64,000 nucleotides of DNA from an uncultured Flavobacteriales bacterium (GTDB taxonomy: Bacteria; Bacteroidota; Bacteroidia; Flavobacteriales; Schleiferiaceae), in contig OX044356.1 of the NCBI GenBank assembly GCA_943846715.1, positions 394,029 to 458,028 of the forward strand, in the 5' to 3' direction. Below are positions 9,007 to 16,851 of this stretch, piece by piece. The notes beneath the pieces were generated by a model that was not told the DNA's origin, ran no database searches, and saw only the letters and a program-made list of their open reading frames with translations. How positions within the stretch are numbered: position 1 is the first letter of the stretch; each line of letters starts with the position of its first letter. Both the position numbers and the translations under genes were made by a program.

Positions 9007-10479
9007 ATGAAAAAATCCTTACTCATCTCGGCTTGTTTGCTTTCGTTTACCACATTGGGTCAACAGCTGCCGATCTATAGCTCCTTTTTCTTTGCCCCTC
9101 AAATCAGCAACCCTGCACGCTCTGGCGCTTCGGGTTTCAGTGAGATGGTCACCATGCATCGTCAGCAATGGCAAGGCATGGAAGGCGCTCCCGAAACTTC
9201 AGCTTTGCTCTTCAATGGTGCATTAAACAAAGAACGTGTAGGTTACTCAGTGTATGCTTTCAACGATGTGACTGATATTGTTCACCGTGCAGGTATTTAT
9301 GGCAATTATGCCTACCATGTGCAGTTGGCTGAAAAGAGCTCATTGAGCTTTGGCCTTGGTTTTGGTTATGTGAGCAATTCCTTTGACATGGCTTCTGTTC
9401 GTGTGAAGGATGAAGGGGATCCCTTCTTGATCCCCGCCAACCAAAATGGCACCTTGGATCTGTCTTCAGGTGTGAATTTCAAAGCAGGTGATTTCCAAAT
9501 TGGTATCGCTATTCCGCAAATGTTGGCACCAACGATTGTTTACTCCAACAACTATGACACCGTGGTTGGTTACAAGCTGTTGCGTCATTACACGGCCAGA
9601 ACGCAGTACGATGTGCATATCCAGCGCGATCGGTTGATCCTTTCTCCTATTGTGGCCTTGCGTGCCACTGCAGGCATCAAGCCTCAGGTCGATGCGGGTC
9701 TGTTGTTCAACATGATTGAAATAGGCTACATAGGCGCTACCTATCGCTCAAACTTTGCAGCAACCGTCCAGGTCGGCATGCACTTGTCGCCAACATTGAC
9801 CGTTGGCTATGCACATGACTTCAGCACCAGTGACTATGCCTCCAGCCTTGGGATGTCTAATGAATTCATGCTGGGATACAGGTTTGGTGATGACAAAGGC
9901 AACAAGCGCCTGGAATCTGAAATCAAACGAATCAAGGACAAGCAACGCCGTGCGGAAGTAGAAGGTGAGAAATTCTTGAATGAAAAATTTGAAGAATTCA
10001 AGTCGGAAATGGAAAGCGGCCAGAAGGCTGAACTTGAAAAGCAAACGGAGGCGTTGAAGGAAGCCAGCATGCAATTGCAGCAGGCTGGTTCGCAAGGCGG
10101 TGGTGTTCAACAGAACAACAATGGCAACCAAGGAGGTTTCAATCAATTGACTGACATGAATCAGTCAGCGGCTGATCCCGTTGTCAACAATGGAAGCATC
10201 ACTGGCTACAGCCAATCCAATTATGCCAATAATGTGGTGGCTGGTTCACGCGGTTATTACGTCACAGTCGGGGTGTATGGTCAGATGGCCAACGCTGAGC
10301 GCATGGCAACCAATTTGAGCAAGCGAGGCATTGCATCACGCATTTTCCAGGACCGCAACAACAATATGTACTATGTGTTCTTGATGAAGTTCGCCAATTA
10401 CGATGCTGCTGATCAAGCGAAGTCTACAGGGCTTAATGGCCAGTACAATGGCCGTCTGTGGATTAAAATTGTCAAATAA
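9007..10479 (+). CDS. PorP/SprF family T9SS outer-membrane protein fused to a coiled-coil, a Q/N/G linker and a C-terminal SPOR-like domain
   Basis: Signal peptide, then QQLPIYSSFFF..NPA and HRQQWQGMEGAPETS, which are PorP/SprF hallmarks (aa 1 to ~295). Charged coiled segment at nt ~9886-10090, Q/N/G-rich linker at 10090-10250. The last 75 aa read GYYVTVGVYGQMANAERMATNLSKRGI..MYYVFLMKF.., which is SPOR-like. Confidence 0.85.
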   Translation: MKKSLLISACLLSFTTLGQQLPIYSSFFFAPQISNPARSGASGFSEMVTMHRQQWQGMEGAPETSALLFNGALNKERVGYSVYAFNDVTDIVHRAGIYGNYAYHVQLAEKSSLSFGLGFGYVSNSFDMASVRVKDEGDPFLIPANQNGTLDLSSGVNFKAGDFQIGIAIPQMLAPTIVYSNNYDTVVGYKLLRHYTARTQYDVHIQRDRLILSPIVALRATAGIKPQVDAGLLFNMIEIGYIGATYRSNFAATVQVGMHLSPTLTVGYAHDFSTSDYASSLGMSNEFMLGYRFGDDKGNKRLESEIKRIKDKQRRAEVEGEKFLNEKFEEFKSEMESGQKAELEKQTEALKEASMQLQQAGSQGGGVQQNNNGNQGGFNQLTDMNQSAADPVVNNGSITGYSQSNYANNVVAGSRGYYVTVGVYGQMANAERMATNLSKRGIASRIFQDRNNNMYYVFLMKFANYDAADQAKSTGLNGQYNGRLWIKIVK

Positions 10480-10481
10480 GC

Positions 10482-12389
10482 ATGCGTCAATTCCTGCAAA
10501 GACTGATCATTACCGCAAGTCTACTGCTTACTGGTCAGACGATGGATGCTGCCCACTTGGTTGGGGGGGAGATCACCTATACATGCCTTGGGAGCAACAG
10601 CTACCAAATCACGTTGAGAATCTACAGAGATTGCAATTCAGGTGGCGCAGGCTTTGATAATTCAGTCAATTTTTCTGTCTATGATATTTCAGGCAATTTG
10701 CTGTTCAACCCATCTGTAACAAAGGGGCCAACGATTACCGTGCCGACGGGTACAGGCAATCCATGCCTAACAATTCCACCAAATATCTGCACAGAGTATG
10801 CGGAGTATGTGCACACCATGACCTTGCCAGCAAGGCTTGGAGGGTATAACATCTCCTACCAGCGCTGTTGCCGGAATTCAACCATCACTAACATATCGGC
10901 CTCAGGCAAGGGCAACACTTATACGGTTCAGGTGCCAACCATGGATAACTGCAACAGCACACCACAGTTCACGACCATTCCGCCCATCGTGATTTGTCAA
11001 GGTGATCAGCTATCGATTGATGCGTCTGCTACAGACGCCAATGGTGATTCCTTGCATTATGCTTTTTGCGATATCCTCAATGGAGGATCAAGCTTTAACG
11101 CAAGTCCTAACCCTGCTGATCCGCCACCGTACAGCATTATTCCATTCATTGCGCCCAACACCTCAGCAGTCCCAATTCCCGGCAACCCTGCCTTAAGCAT
11201 TGATCCCATTACGGGCATGATAACGGGTGTTGCAACCCAGACTGGACAGTTTGTGGTCGGTATTTGTGTGAGTGAATATGACAATGGGGTGTTGAAAAGT
11301 ACCGTCCGACGAGACTACCAATTCAACGTCACCAACTGCATCGTCAATGTCGTGGCAGACATGTTGACACAGGTGGAAAATTCAACCATGCTTTGTAGCG
11401 GTACAACAGTGCAGTTTCAGGCACAAACTGCAGGTGCTTTAGGCTACATGTGGGATTTTGGTGATACAACGTCAGTGTCAGACACCAGCTCAAGTCCGAC
11501 ACCACTATTCACTTTCCCTGACACGGGTCGATTTGATGTGATGCTCATCATCAACCCAGGTTTGGTATGCACGGATACCGTGATAGAAACTTTCGTTATT
11601 TACGATTCACCTGACTACCAAATAGGATGGTCTGGCGTGGCATGTTTTGAGGCACAAGACTTCACATTCAAGGCCATTGGCACCACCCCCGTTGATGCCA
11701 CGTTCTCATGGGACTTTGGCACACAATCTAACACCTTTGGCGCGACGGGTGACTCCATTGAGCATGTCACGTGGAATCAGCCGGGCAAGCATTGGGTTAA
11801 GATGACGGTGCATTCCGTATCCTGTCCGGACACCTTGTACGATACCGTTGAGGTCTTCGCGTGGACGTTGGATGTGAGTGCAGGATCAGACACTGCCATT
11901 GTTTATGGAGATACAGCTTACTTGGCAGTTGACACTGGTGCTGCATGGTACTGGTATGCTGATCAGCCTGTGTACTGGAACAATTACCGTCAGCAGGATC
12001 CGCAGATGTGGATGCTTGAAGACAGCACGACTGTCTACGTCATTGTTACGGACATTTTGGGATGCCGCGGTGCAGATACCTTGATGGTGTACTGGCTACC
12101 TCGACAAACGCGACCTGAATTGGGTCACATACAAAATCTAATGACCCCTAATGGAGATGGTCTCAATGATATTTTAGACTTGTCAGAAGTCACCTTTGGT
12201 GATGATTGTACTTTGAGGGTCTTTGACCGATGGGGTGGTCAAGTCTATGAACAGACTGCCTATGATGATAGCTGGACAGGTGTCAATGCCAATGGCAGAA
12301 AGCTGGGGGATGGCACGTATTACATTATGTTGCAATGCGGTCTAAAGGAAATCCGCTATGCAGGCCCACTAACCCTTGTTAGGCCTTGA
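10482..12389 (+). CDS. T9SS type-B sorting domain surface protein with PKD-like module, cargo B
   Basis: Signal peptide, then AHLVGGEITYTC..YRDC N-terminal domain and a PKD-like WDFGDTT module. C-terminus: MTPNGDGLNDILDL..FDRWGGQVYEQ..WTG..DGTYYIML. It starts 2 nt after the PorP/SprF stop. Confidence 0.88.
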   Translation: MRQFLQRLIITASLLLTGQTMDAAHLVGGEITYTCLGSNSYQITLRIYRDCNSGGAGFDNSVNFSVYDISGNLLFNPSVTKGPTITVPTGTGNPCLTIPPNICTEYAEYVHTMTLPARLGGYNISYQRCCRNSTITNISASGKGNTYTVQVPTMDNCNSTPQFTTIPPIVICQGDQLSIDASATDANGDSLHYAFCDILNGGSSFNASPNPADPPPYSIIPFIAPNTSAVPIPGNPALSIDPITGMITGVATQTGQFVVGICVSEYDNGVLKSTVRRDYQFNVTNCIVNVVADMLTQVENSTMLCSGTTVQFQAQTAGALGYMWDFGDTTSVSDTSSSPTPLFTFPDTGRFDVMLIINPGLVCTDTVIETFVIYDSPDYQIGWSGVACFEAQDFTFKAIGTTPVDATFSWDFGTQSNTFGATGDSIEHVTWNQPGKHWVKMTVHSVSCPDTLYDTVEVFAWTLDVSAGSDTAIVYGDTAYLAVDTGAAWYWYADQPVYWNNYRQQDPQMWMLEDSTTVYVIVTDILGCRGADTLMVYWLPRQTRPELGHIQNLMTPNGDGLNDILDLSEVTFGDDCTLRVFDRWGGQVYEQTAYDDSWTGVNANGRKLGDGTYYIMLQCGLKEIRYAGPLTLVRP

Positions 12390-12416
12390 TTTAAGCCAAA
12401 GGTAATTGCTATTGAA

Positions 12417-12450
12417 AACAAAAAAGGCAGCCATTTGGCTGCCTTTTTTT
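12417..12450. terminator. bidirectional rho-independent terminator
   Basis: A-run, GGCAGCC, ATTT, GGCTGCC, T-run. It lies between convergent genes (cargo B and dnaJ). Confidence 0.8.
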
Positions 12451-12480
12451 GTGATGATGCAAAGCTTCAATTGCGGGGTA

Positions 12481-13587
12481 TCAAGAGAACATCTCTCGAA
12501 TCCGGCTGAATAGACCTTTGTCTTTTTTGCTAGGGTTTGGCTTGAAGCTTTCAGATTTCCTCAGAGCTTCCATGGCTTTTTTGTCAGAGGCTGTTAAGGT
12601 CTGTGGTGTCCATACGGCAACATGAATGAGCAGGTCACCCGTGCCGTAACCTTCAAGGTTTGGTAAGCCTTTGCCTTTGAGTCGCAAGATTTTGCCGCTC
12701 TGCGTGCCAGCTGCTATGCCAACTTTCACATTGCCAGATACTGTAGGTACTTCAACAGAGATACCTAGTGTGACATCGGGCATGCTCAAGAAGAGCTCAT
12801 AGTGTAGATGCTTGCCATCGCGTTGCAAGTCCTCATGGGGCAATTCCTCAATAGAGACAATTAAGTCGCCTGCAGGGCCGCCATTTGCTGCGTGGTTGCC
12901 CTTGCCGCTGACCCGAAGCTGCATGCCGTCTTGCACGCCTCCAGGTATCTTGATGGCAACGACCTCATCTTTGCGCTCAAGGCCATCAGCGCTAACCCCT
13001 GCTGGGAGAGAATCAATCATCTGGCCGCTTCCCTGACAGTCATTGCAGGTGGCTGCCGTTTGCATTTGACCCAAGATGGTATTCTGGACCCTTGTTATTT
13101 GCCCACTGCCATGGCAGGTTGTGCATGTTTTGAAGGTCAAACCATCAGCAGGCATGGCCCGCTTGATTTTGATTTCCTTTTCTACGCCATTGGCGATATC
13201 CTCGAGGGTTAACTTGACACGGACACGAAGGTTGCCTCCGCGTGGAGCTCGTCGTTGACCGCCACCACCAAATCCACCAAATCCACCACCACCAAAAATG
13301 TCACCAAAGTGGCTGAAGATGTCATCCATGTTCATGCCTTGGCCACCGCCAAAACCGCCTGAACCAGAGGCCTGGTGGCCAAATCGATCGTATTTCTGTT
13401 TCTTTTCAGTGCTTGATAGCACTTCGTAGGCCTCAGCTGCCTCCTTGAATTTTTCCTCTGCTTCCTTGTTGTCCGGATTTTTATCTGGATGGAATTGGAT
13501 GGCTTTTTTTCGGTACGCTTTTTTGATGCTGTTGGCATCTGCGGACTTGTCAACCCCAAGGACCTCGTAGTAGTCTCTTTTTGCCAT
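12481..13587 (-). CDS. dnaJ: molecular chaperone DnaJ
   Basis: J domain ([17 protein letters not shown]), G/F-rich region, and CxxCxGxG zinc-finger repeats ([16 protein letters not shown]). Confidence 0.97.
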   Translation of the reverse strand: MAKRDYYEVLGVDKSADANSIKKAYRKKAIQFHPDKNPDNKEAEEKFKEAAEAYEVLSSTEKKQKYDRFGHQASGSGGFGGGQGMNMDDIFSHFGDIFGGGGFGGFGGGGQRRAPRGGNLRVRVKLTLEDIANGVEKEIKIKRAMPADGLTFKTCTTCHGSGQITRVQNTILGQMQTAATCNDCQGSGQMIDSLPAGVSADGLERKDEVVAIKIPGGVQDGMQLRVSGKGNHAANGGPAGDLIVSIEELPHEDLQRDGKHLHYELFLSMPDVTLGISVEVPTVSGNVKVGIAAGTQSGKILRLKGKGLPNLEGYGTGDLLIHVAVWTPQTLTASDKKAMEALRKSESFKPNPSKKDKGLFSRIREMFS

Positions 13588-13590
13588 GGC

Positions 13591-14145
13591 TTAAGATTTA
13601 GCGGATTGTGCCACGATCACCTTGGCATAACGGATGATGAGATCGCCGAGTTCGTAACCAGCTTCAACCTCGTCAAGCACCTTGCCAGCGTCAGCAGCTT
13701 TTGGTGCGGGGATCTGTGTGATGGCCTCCATAGACTCCACGTCAAAGGTTTTGCCAATGCTGCTTTCCATGCGTTTAAGACCTTGGGATTCCATGGTGTT
13801 AAGCATTTTTTGCTGAATCAGAGTCAGACCTTTAGCTTCTTCACTGCCAGCTTGAAGGTTTTTCAATGCACGCTCAAAATCGTCCAGGATGGGCAACATG
13901 TTAGTGATGATTTTCTCCCCAGCAGTCATCATCAAGCTCAAGCGTTCTTTAGCTGTGCGGCGGCGAAAGTTTTCAAACTCTGCATAAAGGCGCAAGTTCT
14001 GGTCCTTGGCCTCTTGAAGCTCAGCCTCAAGGTCAGGGTTAAGTTCTTCAGTGGGTTCAGCTGAATGGGTTTGATCAATCGGGGCGTCATCCGTTTTGGA
14101 TTTGCCGTGATTGTCTTGCTTCTTGGATGGTTTGGATGCTGCCAT
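13591..14145 (-). CDS. grpE: nucleotide exchange factor GrpE
   Basis: 184 aa: LRLYAEFENFRRRT...ILPILDDFERA motif. It lies 3 nt upstream of dnaJ. Confidence 0.95.
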   Translation of the reverse strand: MAASKPSKKQDNHGKSKTDDAPIDQTHSAEPTEELNPDLEAELQEAKDQNLRLYAEFENFRRRTAKERLSLMMTAGEKIITNMLPILDDFERALKNLQAGSEEAKGLTLIQQKMLNTMESQGLKRMESSIGKTFDVESMEAITQIPAPKAADAGKVLDEVEAGYELGDLIIRYAKVIVAQSAKS

Positions 14146-14194
14146 GGTCTGTGATTATGGGTTCAATCGCTGGTTCCTAGCATATCAAATGCTT

Positions 14195-14224
14195 TGCCAT
14201 AGCGACATCTGTGCCATAATGGCA
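14195..14224. promoter_or_regulatory. candidate operator: TGCCAT-N11-TGCCATaATGGCA upstream of grpE-dnaJ
   Basis: Perfect 6-1-6 palindrome at 14212..14224, plus an extra TGCCAT half-site at 14195..14200. The site is 50-79 nt upstream of the grpE ATG. Confidence 0.25.
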
Positions 14225-14280
14225 GATATTGGGCTTGATCACCCTGTCAAGAGCAATCAGGCTTGCCAATTTGTCCCAAA

Positions 14281-14820
14281 TTATTCCTGAAGCGCTTTCA
14301 ACGCATTGGCAATTTGCTGCCCCCTAAGGTTCATGCCAATGATTTTCCCCTTGCCATCAATGAGGAAGGTTCTTGGGATGCTGTTGACGCCATAAATGGC
14401 AGCTCCCTGGGAACTCCATCCACGCAAGTCACTGACATGGTTGTCCCATCCCAATTTATCTTGCTCAATGGCTTTGATCCATCGGTCTTTGCTTTGGTCC
14501 AACGACACAGAGAAAATTTCAAATCCTTTGCCTGACTTGAAATTGGCATCTTTGAATTGATGGTAGGTTTTCACCACAGAGGGATTTTCTTGCCGACAGG
14601 GACCACACCACGAGGCCCAAAAATCCAACATGACAATTTTCCCACGCAAGTCACTCAAGTTTCTCATGTTGCCTTCAGGGTCCTTGAAGGACAATTCAGG
14701 TGCCATGGATCCGACGCGAACGCTGGCCATTTGGCTTGAATCAAAAGGGGAGTGACTGATGTCGCTGGCATTGAAGCTCAGTAAAAGGGTGGCAATGATC
14801 CAAAGGGATACCTGTTTCAT
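14281..14820 (-). CDS. TlpA/ResA-like thiol-disulfide oxidoreductase (thioredoxin fold)
   Basis: Signal peptide, and FWASWCGPC containing the CxxC active site; 179 aa. Confidence 0.88.
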   Translation of the reverse strand: MKQVSLWIIATLLLSFNASDISHSPFDSSQMASVRVGSMAPELSFKDPEGNMRNLSDLRGKIVMLDFWASWCGPCRQENPSVVKTYHQFKDANFKSGKGFEIFSVSLDQSKDRWIKAIEQDKLGWDNHVSDLRGWSSQGAAIYGVNSIPRTFLIDGKGKIIGMNLRGQQIANALKALQE

Positions 14821-14838
14821 GGTAAGGCTATTTTGATG

Positions 14839-16155
14839 TTATGATGGAATACGTTCAATTATCGCGCCAAGTGCTCTAAGTCGCTCATCGATGCGTTCAT
14901 AGCCACGATCGATTTGTTGAATGTTATGAATTGTGCTCACGCCTTCTGCACTGAGTGCGGCAATCAATAAGGAAATACCTGCCCGAATGTCGGGAGAAGT
15001 CATGGTTGTTGCCCGCAACGGTGATGACCGATCCAGTCCGATGACGTTTGCGCGATGGGGGTCACAGAGAATGATTTGCGCACCCATGTCAATGAGTTTG
15101 TCAACAAAGAACAATCGGCTTTCAAACATTTTTTGGTGGATGAGCACGGAGCCTTTGGCTTGTGTTGCTGTGACCAAGATGATGCTCAATAGGTCTGGGG
15201 TGAAGCCTGGCCATGGTGCATCACTGATGGTGACCATGGATCCATCAAGGTAGGATCCAATGGTGTAATGCGATTGCGCAGGCACATGGATGTCATCACC
15301 TTGAATCTCCAATTGAATGCCAAGCTTTCTGAAAACCTGCGGGATTTGCCCCAGGTGCTCAACGCCAGCATTTTTGATGGTGATGCTGCTCTGTGTCATG
15401 GCGGCAAGGCCAATCCATGAGCCAATTTCAATCATGTCAGGCAAGCATCGATGCTCGGTTGATCCCAAACTTTTGACCCCGTGAATGTGCAAGAGGTTGC
15501 TGCCGATACCATCAATTTTTGCACCCATCCGGACCAGCATGTTGCAGAGCTGCTGCAGGTAAGGTTCGCAAGCTGCATTGTATATGCTTGTGGTTCCGGG
15601 GGTAAATACAGCAGCCATCACAATGTTCGCTGTACCTGTCACAGAAGCCTCGTCAAGAAGGATGTAGCTGCCTTTGAGTCCCGATTTTGGTGCCTCTACG
15701 CCGTAAAATTCGGTACCCTCCTTGTGTTTGTATTCTGCGCCCAATTTCATGAATCCCAAGAAATGGGTATCCAGTCGTCGCCGTCCGATTTTATCACCGC
15801 CTGGCTTGGGAATGTACCCTTTGCCAAACCGCGCAAGCATAGGCCCTACAAGCATGACTGATCCTCTCAAGGAGGCTCCTTTGACTCGGTAGGTTTCGCT
15901 AAATAGGAAATCTGAGTTGACGTTCTTAGCGCAAAAGCTGTAGTCGCCATGGCCATGCTTGGTCACAACAACCCCAAAGTCTTTCAGGATATCAATCAAT
16001 TGATTGACATCAACAATATCAGGAATGTTTGATACCCTGACAGTTTCTTCCGTGAGCAGGGTGGCACAGAGGATTTGCAAAACTTCATTTTTCGCTCCTT
16101 GTGGTTGAATGCTGCCGTGCAGTTTTTGACCACCTGTGATTTTGAAACTTGCCAT
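14839..16155 (-). CDS. murA: UDP-N-acetylglucosamine 1-carboxyvinyltransferase
   Basis: 438 aa: MASFKITGGQKLHGSIQPQGAKNE.., ..KPGGDKIGRRRLDTH.. Confidence 0.96.
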   Translation of the reverse strand: MASFKITGGQKLHGSIQPQGAKNEVLQILCATLLTEETVRVSNIPDIVDVNQLIDILKDFGVVVTKHGHGDYSFCAKNVNSDFLFSETYRVKGASLRGSVMLVGPMLARFGKGYIPKPGGDKIGRRRLDTHFLGFMKLGAEYKHKEGTEFYGVEAPKSGLKGSYILLDEASVTGTANIVMAAVFTPGTTSIYNAACEPYLQQLCNMLVRMGAKIDGIGSNLLHIHGVKSLGSTEHRCLPDMIEIGSWIGLAAMTQSSITIKNAGVEHLGQIPQVFRKLGIQLEIQGDDIHVPAQSHYTIGSYLDGSMVTISDAPWPGFTPDLLSIILVTATQAKGSVLIHQKMFESRLFFVDKLIDMGAQIILCDPHRANVIGLDRSSPLRATTMTSPDIRAGISLLIAALSAEGVSTIHNIQQIDRGYERIDERLRALGAIIERIPS

Positions 16156-16158
16156 GGG

Positions 16159-16851
16159 TTATTTGCGTTTTTGAAATCCCCGTCGATTGCTGCCCCGGTT
16201 GGGGCTTTTGTTGCTGCGTTTGCTGTACAGAGGTTGCTTTTTCTTTTTGCGCACGCGAATTGGCGCGGTGGGTGAGATGGCTCCTTTCGTGACGGAAAGT
16301 CGCTCTTGATTATCTCCCAAGACGCCGTCTGACATGGCTTTCAGGTCTGACCAGATGATGTCATCGGCTACGTGGTCCTTGTTCCAGCTCAGGTAGGCTC
16401 GCTTCATTTGATTTGCAAGGTCGTAGGCCATGGCATCCCGATCCTCACTTTCATCCATGGCTGAAACTGTTTCAATGGCACGCTTGATGATGACGCCATA
16501 GTAACGTTTCCCCATGTTCGTTACCGGGTAGGGGACTTGCTCTGGGGTGGTTGCTAACCCATTCCTGGTGGGTCGCTCAAAGGGAGACTCCACATCCAGC
16601 ATGAAGTCCGACATCACATGCAGATGGTCCCATAGTTTGTGATGGTAATCTGGATTGTCCCTGAGTTCGGGGTTGAGGTTGCCAATCACGTCAATGATGC
16701 TTTGCGCCACCTTGCTTCGGTGTTGCTTGTCATCAATGGTGAGGCAGTAGGCGATCATGGACTGTACGTGCCGCCCATACTCGGGCATGCGCAGTTCGTC
16801 TTTGTCGGTATTGTACGCCAAATTAAGGGCGGCGGAGTCTGTTGGAGTCAT
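16159..16851 (-). CDS. DUF4290 domain-containing protein
   Basis: ..YNTDKDELRMPEYGRHVQSMI.. matches my recollection of DUF4290, which typically sits just upstream of murA in Bacteroidota. It has a basic C-terminal tail. Confidence 0.7.
   Translation of the reverse strand: MTPTDSAALNLAYNTDKDELRMPEYGRHVQSMIAYCLTIDDKQHRSKVAQSIIDVIGNLNPELRDNPDYHHKLWDHLHVMSDFMLDVESPFERPTRNGLATTPEQVPYPVTNMGKRYYGVIIKRAIETVSAMDESEDRDAMAYDLANQMKRAYLSWNKDHVADDIIWSDLKAMSDGVLGDNQERLSVTKGAISPTAPIRVRKKKKQPLYSKRSNKSPNRGSNRRGFQKRK

Noticed and set aside
13489-14064. 191-aa plus-strand ORF across grpE and the dnaJ 5' end.
   Set aside because: It is antisense to two highly conserved chaperone genes and has no recognisable motifs.
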